Part shown: piece after piece, positions 25,046 through 32,000 of the stretch
Layout of the letters: every line of letters begins with the position of its first letter
How positions within the stretch are numbered: position 1 is the stretch's first letter
Origin: Pseudodesulfovibrio piezophilus C1TLV30
Lineage (GTDB): Bacteria > Desulfobacterota > Desulfovibrionia > Desulfovibrionales > Desulfovibrionaceae
Assembly (NCBI RefSeq): GCF_000341895.1
Contig: NC_020409.1
Location: 1,740,001 to 1,772,000, forward strand
Direction of reading: 5' to 3'
DNA: 32,000 bases
Translations under genes and position numbers: made by a program
Notes under the pieces: generated by a model
Database searches by the model: none
Told to the model about the DNA's origin: nothing
The model's input: the letters and a program-made list of their open reading frames with translations, nothing else

Positions 25046-26437
25046 TTACCATCCCTTACCGGGATTCATGATATTGTGTGGGTCAAAGACTTTCTTGATT
25101 GAATCCATCAAATTCATTTGCAAAGGCGAGAGCTGCTCCGGCACAAAAGAAGCCTTCGTCAGACCGGTGCCATGTTCACCTGAGATGGTCCCACCGAGGG
25201 TCATGGCCAGGCGAAATATGTCATCCTTGGCTCGATGAGCAGCCAGCACATCGGCCTCCACGTCGCCATCATGCATGATGTTCACATGGATATTCCCGTC
25301 GCCCAGGTGCCCGAAACAAAGCACGGTCAACCCATGTTTCTTTCCAATGGCATGGGCACCTTCCACAGCGTCGGGGACCATGCTTCGAGGCACGGAGATA
25401 TCTTCGGACACCTTGTTCGGCCTGATCCGAAATGCTGCGGGAGAAATACCGCGACGCACGTCCCAAATGCGCTCCTCATCCGCGCCTCGCCCTATCTCCA
25501 CAGAGACGGGGCGCAAGGGAGACAAAGCACTGGTCAATTGTCGAACTTCAGCGGCAACACCCTGTTCCGTTCCGTCAACACGAAAGAGAAGAGCGGCTTC
25601 TGCCGAAGGAGCAATGGGGATGGCCTCCCCACCCCGACGAACCGCTTCCAGTGTGACCTTATCCATAAACTCGCAGGCAGCAGGCAGCACCCCTGCCCGA
25701 AAAACCGCGCCAGCTCCCTGAAGGGATGACCGCAAATCGCCAAATCCCACCAGCACCGAAGCGGACGTCTCCGGCATGGGAATAAGCTTGACAGTGACCT
25801 CGGTCATCAAGCCCAGCTTGCCATTGGAACCGACAAAAAGTCGGATCAGATCCAGACCGACGACGTCCTTGTGAGACCGTCCGCCCGCCCGTAGGACATC
25901 GCCTCCGGGCAAGACGGCTTCCAGACCCAGCACCCAGTCACGGGTCACACCGTATTTGACTGCCTTGAGTCCTCCGGCGCAGGTCGCTATATTGCCCCCC
26001 ACAGAGGAAATGCGAACGCTGGCGGGATCAGGAGGGTAAAAAAGATTTTTCTCGGCGCATTTGGCCTGCAATGCCGCAGTGATAATACCGGGTTGGGTCA
26101 CAGCCACAAAATCATTCTCGTCAATATCAATGATCGCGTCCATCTTGAGCATGGAAACGACCACACCGCCACAGGTCGGCACCGCGTTTCCGACCCGACC
26201 GGTCCCCCGAGCACGTCCGTAGACGGGAAGTCGTTCGGTATCGGCCCATCGGAGCAATTCCTCAACCTGTTCTCGCGTTTCAGGACGCACCACGGCCCAT
26301 GGCATGGCCCGTTCCTGGCTGGCATCAGCGGAAAAGGGCACCAGGGCTTCCGGTGCGAGCAGACAGTCATCGCCCGGAAAAAGCCCGGACAGAAAACGTT
26401 CGTGCGCTCTGGTCAGAGATTCGGCATAGGTGGTCAT
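25046..26437 (-). CDS. FAD-linked oxidase, GlcD/D-lactate dehydrogenase-like subunit
   Basis: FAD-binding PCMH-type N-terminal half and FAD-oxidase C-terminal half (GTISGEHGTGL, FDPHNIMNPGK). The track start at 26491 is GTG. ATG 26437 (MTTYAESL) is preferred, but neither start has a clear SD. Confidence 0.85.
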   Translation of the reverse strand: MTTYAESLTRAHERFLSGLFPGDDCLLAPEALVPFSADASQERAMPWAVVRPETREQVEELLRWADTERLPVYGRARGTGRVGNAVPTCGGVVVSMLKMDAIIDIDENDFVAVTQPGIITAALQAKCAEKNLFYPPDPASVRISSVGGNIATCAGGLKAVKYGVTRDWVLGLEAVLPGGDVLRAGGRSHKDVVGLDLIRLFVGSNGKLGLMTEVTVKLIPMPETSASVLVGFGDLRSSLQGAGAVFRAGVLPAACEFMDKVTLEAVRRGGEAIPIAPSAEAALLFRVDGTEQGVAAEVRQLTSALSPLRPVSVEIGRGADEERIWDVRRGISPAAFRIRPNKVSEDISVPRSMVPDAVEGAHAIGKKHGLTVLCFGHLGDGNIHVNIMHDGDVEADVLAAHRAKDDIFRLAMTLGGTISGEHGTGLTKASFVPEQLSPLQMNLMDSIKKVFDPHNIMNPGKGW

Positions 26438-26494
26438 TGGCAGAAAGTACGACCCGGAACAAAGAGTGTCAATGGGCTGCACCAGTTGCACAGG

Positions 26495-26962
26495 TCAGTT
26501 GATCGTCTGCCCCATGCCTCGGGTGTGAAGCGGTTCAGCTCGGTCAATACCTTTCAGCGTCCCGGATCGGTCAAAAATGGGAGCGCCCTTCGGGAAAGTC
26601 CCTGATGCTATTTTCCCTCGCATGTCTTTTAGGAAACCCTTGGCCTGCTTTTCCGTGATCGGGGAATCATAGGCATTGCGAGCAGTCATGATGAAAACGA
26701 CATCCCATTCAGGGCAGAACCCGTCGGCGTTGCGAACCATCCCCTCAAAGGTCAAGCCAGCATGCACTGGCTCATGGGCATCGAAAACAATGGAACTGAG
26801 GCTGCTGACATCCCCGATATCCTGATCCGGGAACAGCAATTTCATATCCTCAGCAGGGAGGGCGTCCGTCATCTTCACATAGACATACAGAATATGATGA
26901 GGATGCCCCGTTTCCAGACAGGCTTCAATGAGTTCTTCATATGTACGCAGCATGATACTCAC
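26495..26962 (-). CDS. Hypothetical protein (155 aa), family not recognised
   Basis: Fills the smpB-to-glcD-like gap with no competing ORF. The first codon is GTG (26962); an in-frame ATG lies at 26953. No SD seen. No TM segment or signal peptide. Confidence 0.5.
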   Translation of the reverse strand: MSIMLRTYEELIEACLETGHPHHILYVYVKMTDALPAEDMKLLFPDQDIGDVSSLSSIVFDAHEPVHAGLTFEGMVRNADGFCPEWDVVFIMTARNAYDSPITEKQAKGFLKDMRGKIASGTFPKGAPIFDRSGTLKGIDRAEPLHTRGMGQTIN

Positions 26963-26986
26963 GAAAAACCACTGTGCGAGTGGTTT
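26962..26986 (-). terminator. Short hairpin after smpB (weak terminator candidate)
   Basis: On the minus strand: AAACCACT-cgcac-AGTGGTTT followed by TTCG. The stem is only 8 bp and the U-tract lies partly inside it. Confidence 0.35.
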
Positions 26987-26999
26987 ATTCCCGAAACTA

Positions 27000-27479
27000 T
27001 TATTTGTATGCCGACAATTGCCGGGCTGTATCGCGGGCGATATCGCGATCCTTCAAATCCTGCTTTTTCGAATGGACATTCTTGCCCCGCCCAAGGCCGA
27101 TCTGCAATTTGACCTTGCCCCGCAAAAAATACATTTTCATGGGAACCACGGTCAGCCCTTTCTGGTCCACTTTGGATTGCAGCACTTCAATTTCACTCTT
27201 GTGCAAGAGCAACTGTCGCCTCCGTTCCGGGTCATGCTGGTCGTACATACCGGTCTGATCATAGGGTGCGATGTGCACGCCCACAAGAAACGCGGAACCA
27301 TCATGAAAGCTGATGTACCCGTCCTTGAACGACACATGCCCGCCTCGAAGGGATTTCACCTCGGAGCCGAGCAGGGAAATGCCCGCCTCGAATATTTCGA
27401 GGATTTCATAGAGGTGCCGGGCTTTCTTATTGGTGCCGATGGTATTGGACGACACCTTCTTCTGTTTCTTCTTTGCCAT
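27000..27479 (-). CDS. smpB: SsrA-binding protein SmpB
   Basis: 159 aa. [60 protein letters not shown] is the SmpB signature. Confidence 0.95.
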   Translation of the reverse strand: MAKKKQKKVSSNTIGTNKKARHLYEILEIFEAGISLLGSEVKSLRGGHVSFKDGYISFHDGSAFLVGVHIAPYDQTGMYDQHDPERRRQLLLHKSEIEVLQSKVDQKGLTVVPMKMYFLRGKVKLQIGLGRGKNVHSKKQDLKDRDIARDTARQLSAYK

Positions 27480-27500
27480 GATATATAGGTATGGGGTGCC

Positions 27501-29285
27501 CTAGGAGGCGGCTTCGTCGTTTTCAAGAAGAGAGGTGAAAAAAGTCACCTCGTCAGGGAAATACTTAAAAATGTTTTCCATCACCAAGTTGTTGATCCGA
27601 CTGACTGTCCTGCACGCCAGGACCTCATTGAGCAGATTTCGGCAGTCGTGCATGTTGGTCTGCCGGATAATGCGCTTGATGCCGGGGATGGCCTGCGGCG
27701 TGAGCGAAATGGAATCAATCCCCATGCCCAGCAGGATCGGCACGCAGAACGGATCACTGGCCACTTCACCGCACAACGAAACTTCTATGCCCGCCTGATG
27801 GGCGGCGTCAACTACCAGTTTTATCATCCGCAAAGTGGCTGGATGCAAAGGCTGGTACAGATAGGAGACATGATGATTGGTCCGATCCACCCCTATAGAG
27901 TACTGGATCAGATCATTGGTCCCGATGGAAAAGAAATCCACCTCATGAGCCAGATACTCGGCAATCATCACTGCGGCAGGCAGTTCGATCATGATACCCA
28001 CAGGCATATCCGGGTCATAGGCCACGCCTTCACGACGCAGCTCTGCTTTGGCCTGAGCCAGCCACGCTTTGGCCTGACGGACTTCCTTGACCCCGGAAAT
28101 CATGGGGAACATCAGTGAAACATTTCCGTACGCTGAAGCCCGCAAAATGGCCCGGAGCTGTATTTTGAACAACTGGGGATTCTTGAGGCAAAAACGGATT
28201 GCCCGAAGGCCCATGGCCGGATTGGTCTCATTCAACTCGCCATAAGCCGAGATAAACTTGTCCGCCCCCAGGTCCAGGGAGCGGAACACGACCTTGCGCG
28301 GAGACATGACCGACGCCAAATCAATATATTTTTCAGCCAGCTCTTCCTCATCCGGCAGATCTGTCCGGTTCAGGTACGCATACTCTGTCCGGTACAGACC
28401 AATCCCCTCGCCACCGTTGTCGATGACCGAGGCGACCTCTTCCACCAACTCGATATTCGCCATGACCTGAACCCTGGACCCGTCAAAGGTCTCGGCTGGC
28501 AACTGGCACTGTCGCTTGATCTTGCGCGAATACTCTTCAAAAAAGGCGGCACGCTCGTTGTAATCTTCCAGTTCGGCTTCAGTGGGGTTGACAACAATCT
28601 TTCCTGACAACCCGTCAATCACGACGAGGTCACCGTCCCGGACGCTGTCCTCCAGCCTGTCAGCCCCTACAAGGGCAGGGATACCAAGGGAGCGAGCCAT
28701 GATGCCTGTATGTGACGTCTTGCCGCCGCAGACCGTGGCAAATCCCATGATCTTGTCCACCTGAAGTTCGACTGTGTCAGCCGGGGTCAAGTCATGCGCC
28801 ATGATAATGGCCCGACCGGACATGCCGGTCAGATCGGTTTCCTTGCCGATGAGCTTGGCCTGAACCTTGTCAGCCACAACTCGAACATCCTGCATGCGTT
28901 CCCTGATGTAAGGATCGTTGATCGCCCCGAAAGCGTCTTCCTGATCAGATACGGCTTTTTCCAAAGCCCATGCCGCGTTCAACCCCAGGGTCTTGATATA
29001 GTCTGCCGCCGCCCCGGATAATTTGGGGTCCTTGAGCATGAGAATATGTGTTTCAATGAGCAGTCCGTAATCCTTGAGTTCTGCCGGGACATGCTCTCTG
29101 GTCGCGGACAATTCCGATTCCACGGCGGTAAAAGCTTCATGAAGCTTGTCAATCTCGCGGGGAACGAGACTCGCGGCCACGATCTGCCGGGGCAGATGGG
29201 CCTTATGATTTCGGTTGATAAAAAAGGCCTTGCCAATGGCAATACCCGTGGCAACCGATATACCTGTGAGAATCTTGTCCGCCAT
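27501..29285 (-). CDS. ptsI: Phosphoenolpyruvate-protein phosphotransferase (PTS Enzyme I)
   Basis: 594 aa. Active-site His region GGKTSHTGIMARSLGIPALVG and PEP-utilising C-terminal TIM domain (FFSIGTNDLIQY). Confidence 0.95.
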   Translation of the reverse strand: MADKILTGISVATGIAIGKAFFINRNHKAHLPRQIVAASLVPREIDKLHEAFTAVESELSATREHVPAELKDYGLLIETHILMLKDPKLSGAAADYIKTLGLNAAWALEKAVSDQEDAFGAINDPYIRERMQDVRVVADKVQAKLIGKETDLTGMSGRAIIMAHDLTPADTVELQVDKIMGFATVCGGKTSHTGIMARSLGIPALVGADRLEDSVRDGDLVVIDGLSGKIVVNPTEAELEDYNERAAFFEEYSRKIKRQCQLPAETFDGSRVQVMANIELVEEVASVIDNGGEGIGLYRTEYAYLNRTDLPDEEELAEKYIDLASVMSPRKVVFRSLDLGADKFISAYGELNETNPAMGLRAIRFCLKNPQLFKIQLRAILRASAYGNVSLMFPMISGVKEVRQAKAWLAQAKAELRREGVAYDPDMPVGIMIELPAAVMIAEYLAHEVDFFSIGTNDLIQYSIGVDRTNHHVSYLYQPLHPATLRMIKLVVDAAHQAGIEVSLCGEVASDPFCVPILLGMGIDSISLTPQAIPGIKRIIRQTNMHDCRNLLNEVLACRTVSRINNLVMENIFKYFPDEVTFFTSLLENDEAAS

Positions 29286-29287
29286 GA

Positions 29288-29593
29288 TTACTCTTCAAAG
29301 TTGTTTTTGAACAACGCCTCAAGAACATCAGCCGCTTCTGCGGCGTCACTACCCGTAGCACGAATTTCGAGTACTTCGCCCGGTCCTGCGGCCAACGTTA
29401 GCACATCAAGAATGGATTTGGCATCCACAACCTGTTCATCATGTACAATGAGAATGTCTGCCTGAAAAGCCTGCGCCTTCTGCGCCAGCTTTCCAGCGGG
29501 CCGGGCATGCAACCCGTGCTCGTTGGCAACAACAACCTGGCGTGATTCCGTTTTTCCACTCTCTGCACCAGGGGTTTGATTGTCAAACGTCAT
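29288..29593 (-). CDS. ptsH: HPr-family phosphocarrier protein
   Basis: 101 aa. His-15 region NEHGLHARPAG and Ser-46-like region DAKSILDVLTL. Stop lies 2 nt before the ptsI ATG. The N-terminus is ~17 aa longer than classical HPr. Confidence 0.9.
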   Translation of the reverse strand: MTFDNQTPGAESGKTESRQVVVANEHGLHARPAGKLAQKAQAFQADILIVHDEQVVDAKSILDVLTLAAGPGEVLEIRATGSDAAEAADVLEALFKNNFEE

Positions 29594-29645
29594 GTATACC
29601 TACTCTTCCAGCCGTTTATATGTCTATTTTTACGAAAATAACAAG

Positions 29646-30425
29646 TTAAAGGAAACTTTTTATCCACTCTTCAACCAAAGGGAACTCATCAATAAGCTCG
29701 ACAAATGCGGCGGCGGCAAAGACTCTGGACATCACGCCGAATCGGACAAAACGCCCGAGCACCATCAACATTCCCACGCCGAGCAACCATTCCCACCAGT
29801 CCACCGGCCGAGGCCAGATCAAGGCCCAGAGCCAGATAATCAGGGCGGCATTGACATACTTGATACGCCGCCCCCAGTTGATGAGGTCCCAGCGCTTGAG
29901 TCGATCGAGAAATTTGAACCCCTGACGCAAACCACAAACATAGGTGTACGCCTTGAAGCCCTGCAGACCGACAAAAAAAATGACGCCAAGAACAAGAGCT
30001 GCCGTTGTTTGTCCCGACAAGACCAGACAGACACTCAACAATGCCCAGAAAATGAGCAGACTTCCGGCAAAGACGGAATCACCAATGGCGGATAAGGTGT
30101 ATGCCGTGGTATCCTTCACCTTTGCCAGCATCTTCGGAGGAAATCTGTTGGCCGCAATAGCACCCTCGACATTGAGGTAGATCCCCACCAGACATGGAAG
30201 CCAGAACGGATGGGACTGGTAATGCCTGACATACCGTTTTTGTGCAGCCCGGAGCATCTTGGGCTCACGGTGGATCGCGATCAACCCAGGAAGCATGGCA
30301 TATATCAACCCCAGGTTCTGCATTCCCCGAGTATTGAACCCGGCCCCGGCCAGATAGCAACGCATGAAGCTGCGCACGAATGCCATTGTATGGCTCTCTC
30401 TGGCTGAGGACGGTGCCTTTTGCAT
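29646..30425 (-). CDS. PTS mannose/fructose/sorbose-family IID component
   Basis: FVRSFMRCYLAGAGFNTRGMQNLGLIYAMLPGL parallels the ManZ N-terminal region. Polytopic C-terminal half. An alternative start at ATG 30386 (MAFVRSF) is equally plausible. Confidence 0.8.
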   Translation of the reverse strand: MQKAPSSARESHTMAFVRSFMRCYLAGAGFNTRGMQNLGLIYAMLPGLIAIHREPKMLRAAQKRYVRHYQSHPFWLPCLVGIYLNVEGAIAANRFPPKMLAKVKDTTAYTLSAIGDSVFAGSLLIFWALLSVCLVLSGQTTAALVLGVIFFVGLQGFKAYTYVCGLRQGFKFLDRLKRWDLINWGRRIKYVNAALIIWLWALIWPRPVDWWEWLLGVGMLMVLGRFVRFGVMSRVFAAAAFVELIDEFPLVEEWIKSFL

Positions 30426-30479
30426 AATCTGCGATGCCTTCCGTATTCCGTGTTGCCTGTCAATAAAGCCCGATCAAAC

Positions 30480-31031
30480 TCACCGTTGGCCGGGCAACAA
30501 CCCGTGGGAGGAGAGATACCGGCTGACCAGGAGTGCCAAGACGATCTTGATGGCATCCCAGGCAATGAACGGAACCACACCGACTATCACCGCCTTGCCC
30601 CAATCGATGGACAAGGCGAATTTGAGCCAGACCGCACCCACGAGATATATGGAGATAAGCCCTGCGACGCCGAAGGCAACCCCTCTCAACCATGGAATAA
30701 CAAAGTTGTTTTTTCTGGCCAGCCCACAAAACCATGCCCCCAACGTCCATGCGAAGAGATAGCCCCCGGTAGGGCCGAAAAGATGCCCCAGGCCAGATCG
30801 TCCTCCAGCAAAGACAGGCAAGCCGATGATCCCGGCCAAGAGATAAAGCCCCACAGCCATCACACCGCGCCGTGGACCGAGCACGTACCCGGTCAAAAAG
30901 ACAAAAAAAGGTTGCATAGAAACAGGAACCGGGCCGATGGGCACGATGAGATAGGCTCCGACCCCAATGGAAGCGGCCATGAGCGAAGTCCAAATAAGTC
31001 TGTGCAAATCCGTCAAAGAATTGTGTGTCAT
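30480..31031 (-). CDS. bioY: Biotin transporter BioY
   Basis: Start re-set to ATG 31031 (MTHNSLTD), giving 183 aa. PVPVSMQPFFVFLTGYVLG, GLPVFAGG and GPTGGYLFAW are BioY hallmarks. The ATG overlaps the bioB stop (ATGA). Confidence 0.9.
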   Translation of the reverse strand: MTHNSLTDLHRLIWTSLMAASIGVGAYLIVPIGPVPVSMQPFFVFLTGYVLGPRRGVMAVGLYLLAGIIGLPVFAGGRSGLGHLFGPTGGYLFAWTLGAWFCGLARKNNFVIPWLRGVAFGVAGLISIYLVGAVWLKFALSIDWGKAVIVGVVPFIAWDAIKIVLALLVSRYLSSHGLLPGQR

Positions 31032-32000
31032 AATCCGCTCTCCCTTTTCCCGACAGAACATTCCGGCACAAGGTCGGCCTGGTCGATCTCAGTCAGGTCG
31101 GAAACGACATCACTTCCTCTGGTCGTCAGATAATCCCCGACCATCAATCCATTGGCCCCCGAACGCAGGAGTTCCCGTTTCCGCTTTTCACCAAAGACAG
31201 TCACCCGCCCGCCACAGATGCGCAAGGCTCGATCAGGCAGCAGAAAACGAAACAAGGCCACAATTCTGAGAGCTTCCTCGGGCGAAAGCACCTCCTTGCC
31301 CTCAAGAGGAGTGCCTGGAATAGGATGCAAAAAATTCATGGGCACGGAAGGCACGCCCAACTCACGAAGCAGCAGCGCCAACTCAACCCGATCATCCCAA
31401 CTCTCCCCGATGCCGAAGATGCCACCGGAACAGACATACAACCCGGCTTTCAATCCGGCTCTGACGGCACGGATATCCTCTTCGTAGGCATGGGTCGTAC
31501 AGATTTTCGGGAAATAACTGGCCGATGTTTCCAGATTATGGTGATACCCTTCAAGCCCTTCGGCCTTGAGTGCTTTCAACTGAGAACAATCTAGAATTCC
31601 TGGAGAGAGATCAGGCTTGAGTCCCTGAGCCGCCACTCTTCGCACAGCCTCGGCATACCCGGCAAGATCACTTTCTCCAACCATCTTGCCACTGGCGACC
31701 ACGCCGAACCGCGTCACGCCATGACGTTTGGCAGCCAACCCGGCAGCTGCTATCTGTTCGGGCGGCAGGAGAGGGTATTCCGGGCTTTCCCCTCCATGAT
31801 GCCCGGATTGGGCACAGAATGCACAGTCTTCGGAACAGGTGCCGGATTTAGCATTGACTATGGCACACAAACCAACCGTCGAATCAAAGCAGGCTGTTCT
31901 GATGGAATGGGCATACTCAAGCAGTTCCCCAAGCCGGTCGTCAGGAAGATGCTGGATGTAGCGAATATCGGATTCGGCAAGACTGGTTCCGGCGAGGGCC
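31028..32000 (-). CDS. bioB: Biotin synthase BioB (5' end beyond window)
   Basis: The track ORF begins at an internal TTG (31870). The frame stays open to the window edge: ALAGTSLAESDIRYIQHLPDDRLGELLEYAHSIRTACFDSTVGLCAIVNAKSGTCSEDCAFCAQS, with radical-SAM CxxxCxxC. Downstream motifs CSGGIFG and YLTTRG. Confidence 0.9.
   Translation of the reverse strand, partial: ALAGTSLAESDIRYIQHLPDDRLGELLEYAHSIRTACFDSTVGLCAIVNAKSGTCSEDCAFCAQSGHHGGESPEYPLLPPEQIAAAGLAAKRHGVTRFGVVASGKMVGESDLAGYAEAVRRVAAQGLKPDLSPGILDCSQLKALKAEGLEGYHHNLETSASYFPKICTTHAYEEDIRAVRAGLKAGLYVCSGGIFGIGESWDDRVELALLLRELGVPSVPMNFLHPIPGTPLEGKEVLSPEEALRIVALFRFLLPDRALRICGGRVTVFGEKRKRELLRSGANGLMVGDYLTTRGSDVVSDLTEIDQADLVPECSVGKRESGL

Noticed and set aside
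30460-31071. Alternative-frame 203-aa ORF overlapping bioY.
   Set aside because: The R/G/C-rich translation has no membrane character. The 30480..31061 frame gives an unmistakable BioY.
1-32000. Looked for CRISPR repeats, IS or transposase or integrase genes, tRNA or rRNA genes, long direct repeats, toxin-antitoxin pairs and defence-island signatures.
   Set aside because: I saw no regularly spaced direct repeats, no recombinase-like ORFs and no tRNA-like cloverleaf candidates in the intergenic regions. The gene content is housekeeping or stress-response, with uniform strand bias and no visually obvious composition break. Composition was not computed.

Overview
Dense core-chromosome segment, coded almost entirely on the minus strand. 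The gene content points to a Desulfovibrio-like sulfate reducer; this is inference from gene content, not from any search. The supporting genes are desulfoferrodoxin, rubrerythrin, rubredoxin, a ROO-type flavodiiron protein, a CHHCH-heme chemoreceptor, a tetraheme cytochrome c and futalosine-route menaquinone genes.

Order by coordinate:
- Partial CheY-like response regulator and a large PAS-rich histidine kinase (1-3547).
- An oxygen-defence string, roo, rub, rdl, dfx, rbr, and separately perR (3873-7581).
- A DcrA-like methyl-accepting chemotaxis protein (MCP) and a tetraheme cytochrome c (7882-10392).
- purL.
- A polyprenyl synthase, an MqnB-like hydrolase and a nucleotide-sugar dehydrogenase.
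- DUF2065 (plus strand).
- ubiE/menG with a small upstream ORF.
- A ~400-nt structured gene-free region.
- creA and a Nif11-like small protein (plus strand).
- A beta-barrel outer-membrane protein (OMP), secA and a membrane protein.
- A GlcF/GlcD-like FeS+FAD dehydrogenase pair and a 155-aa unknown.
- smpB, ptsI, ptsH and a lone PTS IID.
- bioY and partial bioB.

I found no rRNA, tRNA, CRISPR array, transposase or integrase, and no recognisable defence or toxin module. I do not see a clear novel multi-gene system.

The most interesting observations:
1. An rdl-type ORF has no stop codon and runs in frame into rubredoxin.
2. A duplicated promoter plus 7-1-7 operator module sits upstream of rbr and of perR.
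3. A tetraheme cytochrome gene abuts the heme-motif chemoreceptor gene.
4. A structured leader with an intrinsic terminator lies just upstream of the small-ORF/ubiE operon.
5. An orphan Nif11-like leader-type peptide gene is present.

The ORF track uses GTG and TTG as well as ATG starts, so several starts were re-evaluated by hand.
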